NCBI GenBank assembly: GCA_024413595.1
Contig: JAKSUC010000002.1
Location: 35,335 to 99,334, forward strand
Origin: Bacteroidales bacterium
GTDB lineage: Bacteria > Bacteroidota > Bacteroidia > Bacteroidales > UBA3824
DNA length: 64,000 nt
Reading direction: 5' to 3'
Part shown: positions 55,726 through 64,000 of the stretch, one piece after another
Layout of the letters: each line of letters opens with the position of its first letter
How positions within the stretch are numbered: the first letter of the stretch is position 1
Made by a program: the position numbers and the translations under genes
The notes under the pieces: model-generated
The model's database searches: none
Seen by the model: only the letters and a program-made list of their open reading frames with translations
Told to the model about the DNA's origin: nothing

Positions 55726-55769
55726 TTTGTTTTTTATTAAAATTTATATTCAAATAAATAGATTAGGTA

Positions 55770-57593
55770 ATGTTAAAACTTGTAAAACACGGACTTACAA
55801 AATATCAAAGTTCTAAACTCAATTCATTTATTGAGAAGTTCTTGTTTTATACAACATTAATAGCATTTTTTGTAGCAGTTTACGAAATTGGTTTTTTAGA
55901 TAGTTCAACAGATACAACTATTCTTCATAATTTTTATTATATTTATTTATTAGTTTACTTTTTTAGTTTTTCAACAAGAATTCCCTCTATGTTTCAAAAG
56001 AAAAGTAAAATATATTTAACTATAATAAGAATATTATTGTTTGCATTTTTAATATTTTATTTTTTTAATGTAAAATTTTTGTTTGATGCAGTAGATTATC
56101 ATGGTTTATTTTATAGACTAATAACTAGTCCAAATATAGTTTATGTATTGATAATCAGTATATTTTTTATAGAAGTTTCAAAATCAACGTATAAAGTTCT
56201 TGTATTTAATATAACACCAGAAATACTTTTTGCATTGAGTTTCATAGCTTTAATATTTATTGGAGCTGGATTATTAATGTTGCCAAATGCTACAGTAACC
56301 AAAATAAAATTTGTAGATGCCTTGTTTATGGCAACAAGTGCAACAAGTATAACCGGATTACAATGTATCGACTCAGCAGTTGGTTTCACATCTTTGGGAC
56401 AAGGTATAATATTGTGTCTCTTGCAGATAGGTGGTTTGGGCGTTATGACATTTACTTGTTTTATAGTTTATTTTTTTAAAGATACCAGTTCGTTTAAAGC
56501 AGGAGTAATGTTGGGAAACATGATGAGTACCGAACGTTTTGGAAATGCTTTTAAAACCATTTTAAAAATAGTAGTTTATACATTTACCATTGAAGGAATT
56601 GGAGGATTAGCAATATTTTTATCAATAAGATACGATAATTCTTTTCCAACCCTAACAGATAAAATAACATTTTCGATTTATAATGCAGTTTCATCATTTT
56701 GTAATGCTGGGTTTTCTACAATTCCAGGAAGTATGACGTCTGATTTAGTTTTCAAAAATTATCCATTAAAATTGATAATTTCAATGATGGCAATATTAGG
56801 AGGAGTAGGTTTTCCAATATTGATGAATTTACAAGACTCAATTTCAAAATTTTTTACAAATGTAAAAAATGCTTTTTTTAAGCATAAAAAATTTGTACAT
56901 CTGCCACGAGTTGTAAATGTAAATACAAAATTAGCGTCAATAGTTTCAGTAGTTTTGTTGATATTTGGAACTTTGTCGTTTTTTATATTAGAATATAACA
57001 ACACATTAAAATTACATGATGGATTATTGTATAAATTTATAGACTCGTTTTATTATTCAGTTATGCCACGTTCAGCAGGATTTAATGATGTAGGATTAGA
57101 CACATTTAAAATACCTACATTGTTGATAATAATGTTTTTAATGTGGGTTGGCGCATCTCCAGTTTCAACAGGAGGAGGGATAAAAACCACAACATTCGGA
57201 GTTGCAATATTAGATATTTTTAGTATTTTGCGAGGCAAAGATAGAATAGAAATTTTTTGTAGAAAAATAGCTAATAGTACTGTACGTCACGCATTTGCAG
57301 TAATAATGATTTCATTAGCAGCATTAGGAATAGGTACATTTTTGTTGATGATATTTGAAGAAAAAAATTCATCAGCCAATTTATTAAATTTAGCATTTGA
57401 ATGTACATCAGCATATTGTACCTGCGGATTAAGTATGGGAATAACCCCGGAATTAAGTGATGCAAGTAAATTATTATTATCATTTTTGATGTATATAGGT
57501 AGGGTAGGAGCATTAACAATAGCCGCAGCATTTTTTAAGAAAACAAAATCGTTGAAATATATGTATCCAAAGGAAAAAATCCATATAGGATAA
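55770..57593 (+). CDS. trkH: TrkH/KtrB family potassium transporter
   Basis: 607 aa polytopic protein with repeated selectivity-filter-like SITGL, CNAGFS and TGGGIKT motifs. Confidence 0.85.
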   Translation: MLKLVKHGLTKYQSSKLNSFIEKFLFYTTLIAFFVAVYEIGFLDSSTDTTILHNFYYIYLLVYFFSFSTRIPSMFQKKSKIYLTIIRILLFAFLIFYFFNVKFLFDAVDYHGLFYRLITSPNIVYVLIISIFFIEVSKSTYKVLVFNITPEILFALSFIALIFIGAGLLMLPNATVTKIKFVDALFMATSATSITGLQCIDSAVGFTSLGQGIILCLLQIGGLGVMTFTCFIVYFFKDTSSFKAGVMLGNMMSTERFGNAFKTILKIVVYTFTIEGIGGLAIFLSIRYDNSFPTLTDKITFSIYNAVSSFCNAGFSTIPGSMTSDLVFKNYPLKLIISMMAILGGVGFPILMNLQDSISKFFTNVKNAFFKHKKFVHLPRVVNVNTKLASIVSVVLLIFGTLSFFILEYNNTLKLHDGLLYKFIDSFYYSVMPRSAGFNDVGLDTFKIPTLLIIMFLMWVGASPVSTGGGIKTTTFGVAILDIFSILRGKDRIEIFCRKIANSTVRHAFAVIMISLAALGIGTFLLMIFEEKNSSANLLNLAFECTSAYCTCGLSMGITPELSDASKLLLSFLMYIGRVGALTIAAAFFKKTKSLKYMYPKEKIHIG

Positions 57594-57605
57594 AAAAATA
57601 TAAAT

Positions 57606-58295
57606 ATGAAAAAATACATAATAGTAGGATTAGGAAATTTTGGTTCATCATTAGCCATAAAGTTGACAAACGCAGGCAACGAAGTTTTTGGAGCAGACTC
57701 AATTTTAAATAGGGTAGAAGCAATTCAAGATAAAATAACTTCGGCAGCAATGCTTGATTGTACAGATTTTAATGCAATAAAGTCGGCTCTTCCATATAAA
57801 GATACAGATTGTGTAATAGTTGCAATAGGCGAAGATATTGGAGCGTCAATTCTTGTAAGTGCCACATTTAAACAATTGAATGTTAAGCGAATAATGAGTC
57901 GTGCAATTTCAGAAACTCATCAGCGAGTTTTAGAAGCAATTGGCATAACAGAAATTGTGCATCCAGAGGAAGAGTCTGCATCAAGATTAACCGAAGTTTT
58001 GAGTTTAACTGGAGCAATGGATGTTTATAGTTTGTTTGATAAACATAAAGTTGTAGAAGTAAAACTTCCAGAACGATATTTTGGTAAAAAAATAATAGAA
58101 ACTGATATTCGTCAAAAATATCATCTTAATATTTTGACTGTGATTAAGTTAGTGAAACATAAAACACTTCTTGGAAATACCAAAGAAAAACAAGAAGTTC
58201 TTGATTATGTTACACCAAACACATTGCTCGAGTCGGGAGATTTGATTGTTGTTTTTGGACGTTCAAGCGATTTAAAAGAATTTGTGAATGATTAA
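57606..58295 (+). CDS. trkA: TrkA/KtrA potassium uptake NAD-binding subunit
   Basis: 229 aa. IIVGLGNFGSSLA Rossmann motif plus a TrkA-C-like C-terminus. Follows trkH. Confidence 0.85.
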   Translation: MKKYIIVGLGNFGSSLAIKLTNAGNEVFGADSILNRVEAIQDKITSAAMLDCTDFNAIKSALPYKDTDCVIVAIGEDIGASILVSATFKQLNVKRIMSRAISETHQRVLEAIGITEIVHPEEESASRLTEVLSLTGAMDVYSLFDKHKVVEVKLPERYFGKKIIETDIRQKYHLNILTVIKLVKHKTLLGNTKEKQEVLDYVTPNTLLESGDLIVVFGRSSDLKEFVND

Positions 58296-58361
58296 GATAT
58301 GATTGATAAACTTGAGATATTTTATTAAGATTATATCTCAAGTTGATTATTATATTTTTTC

Positions 58362-59609
58362 TTATTTATTCATCGAATTAATAATTTTATATCCAATAAG
58401 TCTATTTCCACGATAAGAATAATTAGTATTGTAAATAGTTATAAGATAGCTATTTTCAGTATTATACCACGAACCATCAAGATATTCAATTGAATTGTCA
58501 GAATGTTGATTTATAAATGTAAAATTATACAAACCTTGTTTTAAAAGCATATTACATTCATAAAGATTGGTTTCAGAATTAAATTGTAATAGGTTTTCTT
58601 CATTAAGTTCATAATTAGAAAGTTGACCAAAAACATAAATTTTACCATCAGCAAACGCATCATATTTTAGTTTAAAATTTACGTTTATATAGTCAGCTTC
58701 AAGTTCATTGTCAAAACCTCGATCGTTTTTGATATAATATTGCCCGTTTAAATCTTCTTTATAAGAATATGAATTGTATGAAGGATAATATGTTGTAAGA
58801 TCAAAAGAATATAAATTGTTTTTAAATTCAATTTTGTCAATTCCCAACGATCTAAAATTTTTATCTTTAGCGTCAAAAAATTCATATTCACAACCACCTT
58901 TAAAAATGTTGTTACCTTCGTTGTTATTATACCTTATATTGTATGTATCAGCATAATTGTGGTTTAGTTCACAGCGTGAATTAATGTTACCATTTTGTTG
59001 AACGTAAACTTTCATAAATTTTGTTGGATTAGAAATACGTTCTTTGCTATTATCAATATTTATGTTAATTTGTTGACAATCAATAGAATATTCTGCTAAA
59101 AATGGTCTCTCAATTTCTGCATCAACCATTAATTGAGTTTCATTATCGCAAATCATAAATTTTTTTATCAAAATAATATTATCAGGATTAGATGTTTCGT
59201 AAACTTTTATAATATAATTTCCACTAATATTTAAAGTTATATCGTTGTTTGGAATATTAATTTTATAGTGAGTAAATTTAGAATGAGTGTTAAACGAGCT
59301 AGAAAAATCGTCGGCTGTTCTATTGTCAAAACCATCTGCAAATTCATAAAAATCTAAATCGTCGGGAACAAAATCTGCATCACAATGTTGAATTGTATAC
59401 GACAAATCAGAATAATTATCGTTTATAATGTCGAACGAAAGAGTTAAACTTTCTGATAAATAACAAATTGGAAGTCCAAAATTTGTTTCAGTTTTACGAA
59501 ACTCAACAGTTTTAATATCTTTTCCAATATATTCTTTAATGGCGTTTTGTGCTGATATATTGAAAGATATAAATATTAAAAATAAAAAAATTGCTAATTT
59601 TTTAGTCAT
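58362..59609 (-). CDS. DUF5103-like protein (type IX secretion 'plug' family)
   Basis: 415 aa with a signal peptide. LSYTIQHCDADFVPDDLDFYEFADGF resembles the conserved Y-x-I-x-HC-x-x-D-W block I recall for DUF5103. Confidence 0.4.
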   Translation of the reverse strand: MTKKLAIFLFLIFISFNISAQNAIKEYIGKDIKTVEFRKTETNFGLPICYLSESLTLSFDIINDNYSDLSYTIQHCDADFVPDDLDFYEFADGFDNRTADDFSSSFNTHSKFTHYKINIPNNDITLNISGNYIIKVYETSNPDNIILIKKFMICDNETQLMVDAEIERPFLAEYSIDCQQININIDNSKERISNPTKFMKVYVQQNGNINSRCELNHNYADTYNIRYNNNEGNNIFKGGCEYEFFDAKDKNFRSLGIDKIEFKNNLYSFDLTTYYPSYNSYSYKEDLNGQYYIKNDRGFDNELEADYINVNFKLKYDAFADGKIYVFGQLSNYELNEENLLQFNSETNLYECNMLLKQGLYNFTFINQHSDNSIEYLDGSWYNTENSYLITIYNTNYSYRGNRLIGYKIINSMNK

Positions 59610-59680
59610 AATAGTATTTCTAATTTATTTTGATAATAACTTTGCAAAGGTTATAATAAAAATGTTTAAAACAATAAAAA

Positions 59681-60712
59681 ATGAAAATAGTTTGTGATAA
59701 TAAAGTAAGATTTTTGGGAGATGTATTTCATGGCATTGCAAATGTTGAATATTATCCAGGAAGTGAAATAGATAAAACCAAAGTAAAAGACGCTGACGCA
59801 TTGTTGGTTCGCACTAGAACGCAATGTAACGAAAATTTACTATCGGGAAGTAGTGTAAAATTTATAGGCACAGCCACAATTGGTTTTGATCATATTGATA
59901 CAAATTATTGTGAAAAAAATGGAATATTTTGGACAAATGCTCCAGGTTGCAATTCAGGTTCTGTTTGTCAATATATTATTTCTGTATTACATTGTTTATC
60001 AAAATATTATGGGTTTTTATTAAACAAAAAAACAATTGGAATAATAGGAGCGGGGCACGTTGGTTCAAAAGTGATAAAAGCTTCAAAAATTCTAGGAATG
60101 AATGTTTTAGTAAATGATCCACCTTTACAAAAATTAGGAAACAAAGATTATGATTTTTGTGATATAGATTATTTATTAAAAAATTCTGACATAGTAGATA
60201 TTCACGTTCCATTTAATAAAGATGGAGAATATTCAACCAATCATTTAGTAAATAGTGAATTTATCTCAAAAATGAAGAAAAATTCTATAATAATCAATTC
60301 GTCGCGCGGACCAGTAGCTGATAATTTAGAATTATTAGAAGCATTAAAACACGAAAAAATTTTAACAGCAGTTCTTGATGTTTGGGAAAATGAACCAAAA
60401 ATAAATATTGAACTATTACAACGTGTATTTTTAGCCACACCACATATAGCAGGTTATTCTGTAGATGGCAAGGCAAATGCCACAATGCAGATTGTAAGAC
60501 AATTAAGTAAATTTTTTAATTTAAATTTAAACAATTGGACACCGTCAGTAAAAGGTTATGATGGTTTTATGCTTAATTATGATTTAATTACAGATTATGA
60601 GCAAGTTATTAAATCGTATAATGTTTTAAGAGATAGTGAAAAATTAAAAACTTCACCCGAAAAATTTGAATGGTTTAGAGAAAATTATCCTACACGACGC
60701 GAACAATTATAA
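59681..60712 (+). CDS. pdxB: 4-phosphoerythronate dehydrogenase (D-2-hydroxyacid dehydrogenase family)
   Basis: 343 aa. GIIGAGHVGSKV NAD-binding site, the catalytic-region HIAGYS, and a PdxB-like N-terminus MKIVCDNK. Confidence 0.75.
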   Translation: MKIVCDNKVRFLGDVFHGIANVEYYPGSEIDKTKVKDADALLVRTRTQCNENLLSGSSVKFIGTATIGFDHIDTNYCEKNGIFWTNAPGCNSGSVCQYIISVLHCLSKYYGFLLNKKTIGIIGAGHVGSKVIKASKILGMNVLVNDPPLQKLGNKDYDFCDIDYLLKNSDIVDIHVPFNKDGEYSTNHLVNSEFISKMKKNSIIINSSRGPVADNLELLEALKHEKILTAVLDVWENEPKINIELLQRVFLATPHIAGYSVDGKANATMQIVRQLSKFFNLNLNNWTPSVKGYDGFMLNYDLITDYEQVIKSYNVLRDSEKLKTSPEKFEWFRENYPTRREQL

Positions 60713-60910
60713 AAAAAACGGGCCTTCAAATGGTCCGTTTTACTAGGTTAAAAAATGTTTTAGTTTTTGGTTTTAAAGTGTAAGTTCGGAATAACGTATA
60801 AAAAAAGTTTTGTTTTAGTTTTGTTTGTTTTCATATTAAAGACACTTTTGAAGTGTTTTACCCTTAAAAAAAAATAAAAAAAATTATATTTTTATTTAAA
60901 ATGTTGAAAA

Positions 60911-62854
60911 TTAATTATTAAAACGCCATAAAATACCAAACATAAAATGAAAGTCTGGAATAGGATAAACATCAGTAGGCGCATAATAATCTTGAAACAT
61001 TTCGTCATTGATGTGTTCCCATTTAAAAAACATTAATACACCCTTGATTTTGATGTTAAAAAATCCATTAATAATAGGATAATTACCCACAGTATATCTG
61101 CTAGAAGGGTAGAAAACCGAAGTTGCCGGAGAATAACCAAAAGCATTATATTCACCAGAATATCTAACTTCACCACCTATTTGAGTTAAAAGAACATTTT
61201 TAACTAAATAAAATTCAAAATAAGTTGAATGATAAAGAGCATATTTAGGTAAATTAAAAATTTCGTTTTTATTAGAATTTTGCCAAGTAAATCTATTCGC
61301 AAAACGAACATGCCAAACAAAAAAGTCTTTTTGAAGGCTAATAGTTTGAACCGTAATAGCATCAGAACATTGTTCTGGCACAACGTCAGTGTTAAAATAT
61401 ATATATTTGTTAAGCAAATAATTAGAAGCTCCAATTTTTAAATGCCAACGAGGAATACCAAATTCAGCACCAATTCTAGTTACTTGAGTTTTACTAAAAT
61501 TATTGTTCCATTTAAAATTATTGCTATTATATTTTTGTTCAAAATAAGTAGGTTCCGTATTATAAAAATCAAAAGTAGCGTTTAAATATCCATTAATCGT
61601 ATCGCTATTATTTTTGAAATATTTATAACCTAAATTAGCATTAAATTCAACGTCACCAGAACGATATCCAGTTAAATATTGTTTATAATCAGCATTTAAA
61701 AATAAATTTTTTGATTTATTTTTAAAAATACCAGCTTCAAAAAAAGTATTTTGATAAGTATTTTGATTAAGACTTTCGATATGATTAGTTAAATTGTAGT
61801 ACATTTCATGTTCAACACCTAATGCACCTCTAAGACCAGGAGAATAACCCATTAATTGACCTTCGCAAACTTTAAGTTGAACTTTGTTAGTTAAACGACG
61901 AAAGAAAATAGAGTCATATGTGCTTTTTTTAGATTTGAAAAAATTATGATAAATGGAAGTATCCATATCATTATCAGTGTATGTTCTAAATTGTTTTTCA
62001 AAATCGAAAATATAATTAAAAGCTAAACGAGGAGTATAAATTTCAGTTCTTGTAGTATCGTTAATAATTTTAAAATCAGTAGTTCCAATAGAATATTCAG
62101 ACACCAATCCCCAATGACGATAACCCCAATAGCTATCACTTTTGCTCATTTTTGTATTAAAACGTTTGTCAGTGATTTCAACAGTGTCGATAATACCGCC
62201 ATTTTCTTGAATTTGAAATTTATTAAATTTATAAAAAGCATGAATACTAAAATGTTTTCCTCTATAACTAATGTTTGGAGCAATAGAAGTTAAACGAGTG
62301 TGTTGATTAGTGATACGACCTTCGCTACCATCAAGGTTTATATTAAAAGCCCAATTAAGTTTTTTGTTAACATTTTGAGTATGAGTAAAATCCACAATTT
62401 GACAGTTTCTAGCTTTAGGCGTTGTGGCATAATAAAGCACAGTGTAAGGATGATTAACTTGGTAATATTTAGTTTTTTCAGGAGTGTTCCAAAAATCGTT
62501 TAAATAATTAAAAAATATAATAGAATTCCATTTATTGATAGGTCTATCGTCAAAAATGTTAGAAATATAAGGCGATGCCATATTTCCAAGATTAGAATTA
62601 GAAATAGAACTTTTATCAATTTTGTCATAAACTTGAAAAAGATGTAAACTAGTATCTTGCGATAAATCATATTCAACAGGCGAATAATCTTTACCTAAGG
62701 TCCATTCATTAACAACTAAAGGAATATCTTTTTTGTCGCTTTTTTTGTCTTTTTTTTGAGCAACAACGTTACTAGTCGCCATAATCATAATTAAAATGGC
62801 GAGAAAAATGTTTTTGTGTTTTATTTCACACATATTAAAAATATATTTGTTCAT
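60911..62854 (-). CDS. large outer-membrane beta-barrel protein ('putative porin' type)
   Basis: The track ORF starts at a TTG at 62911. More likely starts are ATG 62854 or 62833 (MCEIKHKNIFLAILIMIMATSNVVAQ signal). The sequence is rich in alternating aromatic beta-strand patterns. Confidence 0.45.
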   Translation of the reverse strand: MNKYIFNMCEIKHKNIFLAILIMIMATSNVVAQKKDKKSDKKDIPLVVNEWTLGKDYSPVEYDLSQDTSLHLFQVYDKIDKSSISNSNLGNMASPYISNIFDDRPINKWNSIIFFNYLNDFWNTPEKTKYYQVNHPYTVLYYATTPKARNCQIVDFTHTQNVNKKLNWAFNINLDGSEGRITNQHTRLTSIAPNISYRGKHFSIHAFYKFNKFQIQENGGIIDTVEITDKRFNTKMSKSDSYWGYRHWGLVSEYSIGTTDFKIINDTTRTEIYTPRLAFNYIFDFEKQFRTYTDNDMDTSIYHNFFKSKKSTYDSIFFRRLTNKVQLKVCEGQLMGYSPGLRGALGVEHEMYYNLTNHIESLNQNTYQNTFFEAGIFKNKSKNLFLNADYKQYLTGYRSGDVEFNANLGYKYFKNNSDTINGYLNATFDFYNTEPTYFEQKYNSNNFKWNNNFSKTQVTRIGAEFGIPRWHLKIGASNYLLNKYIYFNTDVVPEQCSDAITVQTISLQKDFFVWHVRFANRFTWQNSNKNEIFNLPKYALYHSTYFEFYLVKNVLLTQIGGEVRYSGEYNAFGYSPATSVFYPSSRYTVGNYPIINGFFNIKIKGVLMFFKWEHINDEMFQDYYAPTDVYPIPDFHFMFGILWRFNN

Positions 62855-63154
62855 AAACAAAAATTTCAAGATTATCAACCAACAAATATTGTTGGTAAAA
62901 ATTTTCTGCAAAAATAAATTTCAATTATCAAAACATCAAATTTAAAATTTGAGTAATTACTAATTTTTTGAAAATTTTTATTAAATTAAGTTATTATTTT
63001 CTCAAAAAAGAAGAATTTATAAAAAATGCGACTTTCAAAAACATTGTTTTAATCTCAAAAAATAAAAAAAATAATCAATAAAAATAAAAAAATAGATTGC
63101 AAATATCTTAATATCAATAAACAAAAAAAAAGTTTAAAAAAAAGTTCAAAAAAA

Positions 63155-63187
63155 TTTGCAAGATATATGAAAAAGACCTTACATTTG
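63155..63187 (+). promoter_or_regulatory. Bacteroidota-type promoter for tRNA-His
   Basis: TTTG at 63155-63158 and TAcaTTTG at 63180-63187 with a 21-nt spacer, 14 nt before the tRNA. Confidence 0.5.
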
Positions 63188-63201
63188 CACCCGAAAAATG
63201 A

Positions 63202-63275
63202 GCCGAGGTAGCTCAGTCGGTTAGAGCATCGGATTGTGGATCCGAGGGTCATGGGTTCGAATCTCTTCCTCGGTA
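63202..63275 (+). tRNA. tRNA-His (anticodon GTG)
   Basis: Hand-folded cloverleaf: acceptor gccgagg/cctcggt, D arm gctc-agtcggtta-gagc, anticodon arm tcgga-ttGTGga-tccga, variable loop gggtc, T arm atggg-ttcgaat-ctctt, discriminator A. No CCA is encoded. Confidence 0.8.
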
Positions 63276-63286
63276 CTCAGTTTTAG

Positions 63287-63318
63287 GTCGTCAAATTTCT
63301 TTTGGCGACTTTTTTTTT
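63287..63318 (+). terminator. rho-independent terminator after tRNA-His
   Basis: GTCGTCAAA-tttct-TTTGGCGAC (one G.U pair) followed by T9. Confidence 0.7.
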
Positions 63319-63465
63319 ACTTATTTTTCCAAATTTGATATTATTCCTAAAACTATTTTAAAAAGTTTTTCTTAGAAATTTCTTCTTTAGGTATTTATTA
63401 GATGATGTTTTATAAAAATGTATATTTTTTGATAGAACTATGAAGGTTAAAATAAATAACAAATT

Positions 63466-64000
63466 TTATAAAATTCTAACACCTAAAAGAGTAATGTCGT
63501 CTGTTTGAATAGAAGAAGACATCCAATAATCTAATTCATTCATTAAATTATTTTTTTGAATATTAACAGGAAGCATATCATTTTGAGAAAAAAATTCAAC
63601 TAATCCAGGTTGAGAAAAACAATTTCCACATTCTCCACCTTTTTGATTTTGTAGTCCATTTGTAACAAAATAAACCATGTCATTAGGAAAAAGAGTAATT
63701 TGTTTTGTTGTAAAAGTTTCAGTATCAGATTTGATAATAGATTCAACCGATCTAGAATCACCTTTTTCAACAATCACTTGTCCTCGTCGCGAAATATATA
63801 TATATTGACACGAAGTAGAAAAATCAACGTCGTAAGAATTTTTATAAAACTTACAAACCGTCATTTCCATACCATCTCTTTTTTTCAAAAAATATTCGTC
63901 AGCTTCTTTGTAAATTGTATTAATGAAAAAAGAGCCTAAACTTTCAATAATTTGAGAAGGTGATATATCAATACTAGATTTAACAAGAATATCTTTTAAA
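63466..64000 (-). CDS. PP2C/SpoIIE-family protein phosphatase, C-terminal part (gene runs off the right edge)
   Basis: The minus frame is open from base 64000 (…LKDILVKSSIDISPSQIIESLGSFFINTIYKEADEYFLKKRDGMEMTV…). DGMEMTV and the terminal DDITLLGVRIL match PP2C motifs. Confidence 0.6.
   Translation of the reverse strand, partial: LKDILVKSSIDISPSQIIESLGSFFINTIYKEADEYFLKKRDGMEMTVCKFYKNSYDVDFSTSCQYIYISRRGQVIVEKGDSRSVESIIKSDTETFTTKQITLFPNDMVYFVTNGLQNQKGGECGNCFSQPGLVEFFSQNDMLPVNIQKNNLMNELDYWMSSSIQTDDITLLGVRIL

Noticed and set aside
63055-63252. 65-aa minus-strand ORF from the track
   Set aside because: It is a low-complexity translation of A/T runs and overlaps the tRNA-His gene and its promoter.

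Overview
This is a very AT-rich, Bacteroidota-type chromosomal segment. Supporting signs are repeated -33 TTTG / -7 TAnnTTTG promoter matches, many lipobox lipoproteins, DUF1573 and TlpA-like redoxin proteins, and a DUF5103-like protein. Most of the window is ordinary housekeeping or envelope content: rarA, tatAC, an MFP-RND-TolC-RND efflux operon, asd, a CNNM protein, a 5'-nucleotidase, a porin, a flavodoxin-like protein, a DJ-1 protein, a giant alpha-2-macroglobulin, an MbnP/MbnH-like pair, folate, glycosyltransferase and IMPase genes, lgt, an FHA protein, trkHA, pdxB and tRNA-His.

The standout region is 14.7-24.4 kb, with a satellite copy at 28.6-30.3 kb. It holds four minus-strand cassettes. 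Each is led by a small peptide gene with a conserved hydrophobic N-terminus and an LSELQM-E/D-N-V/L-E-x-LA ('NVEALA') motif, followed by an unrelated Cys-rich tail. Downstream come a lipobox beta-propeller protein and, in the three tandem copies, a CxxC thioredoxin-fold lipoprotein joined to a DUF1573 domain.

The cassettes share:
- a same-architecture promoter in all four copies;
- a ~280-nt conserved leader with conserved hairpins in three copies;
- a long, non-homologous inverted repeat directly 3' of every peptide ORF;
- mosaic recombination breakpoints;
- decay marks: a frameshifted peptide gene, a shared in-frame TAA, and a duplicated 5' fragment of the efflux adaptor gene.

No known RiPP or bacteriocin maturation or export genes are present. 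I read this as a candidate uncharacterised system for secreted disulfide-rich peptides. All family calls come from motif recognition by eye; no searches were run.
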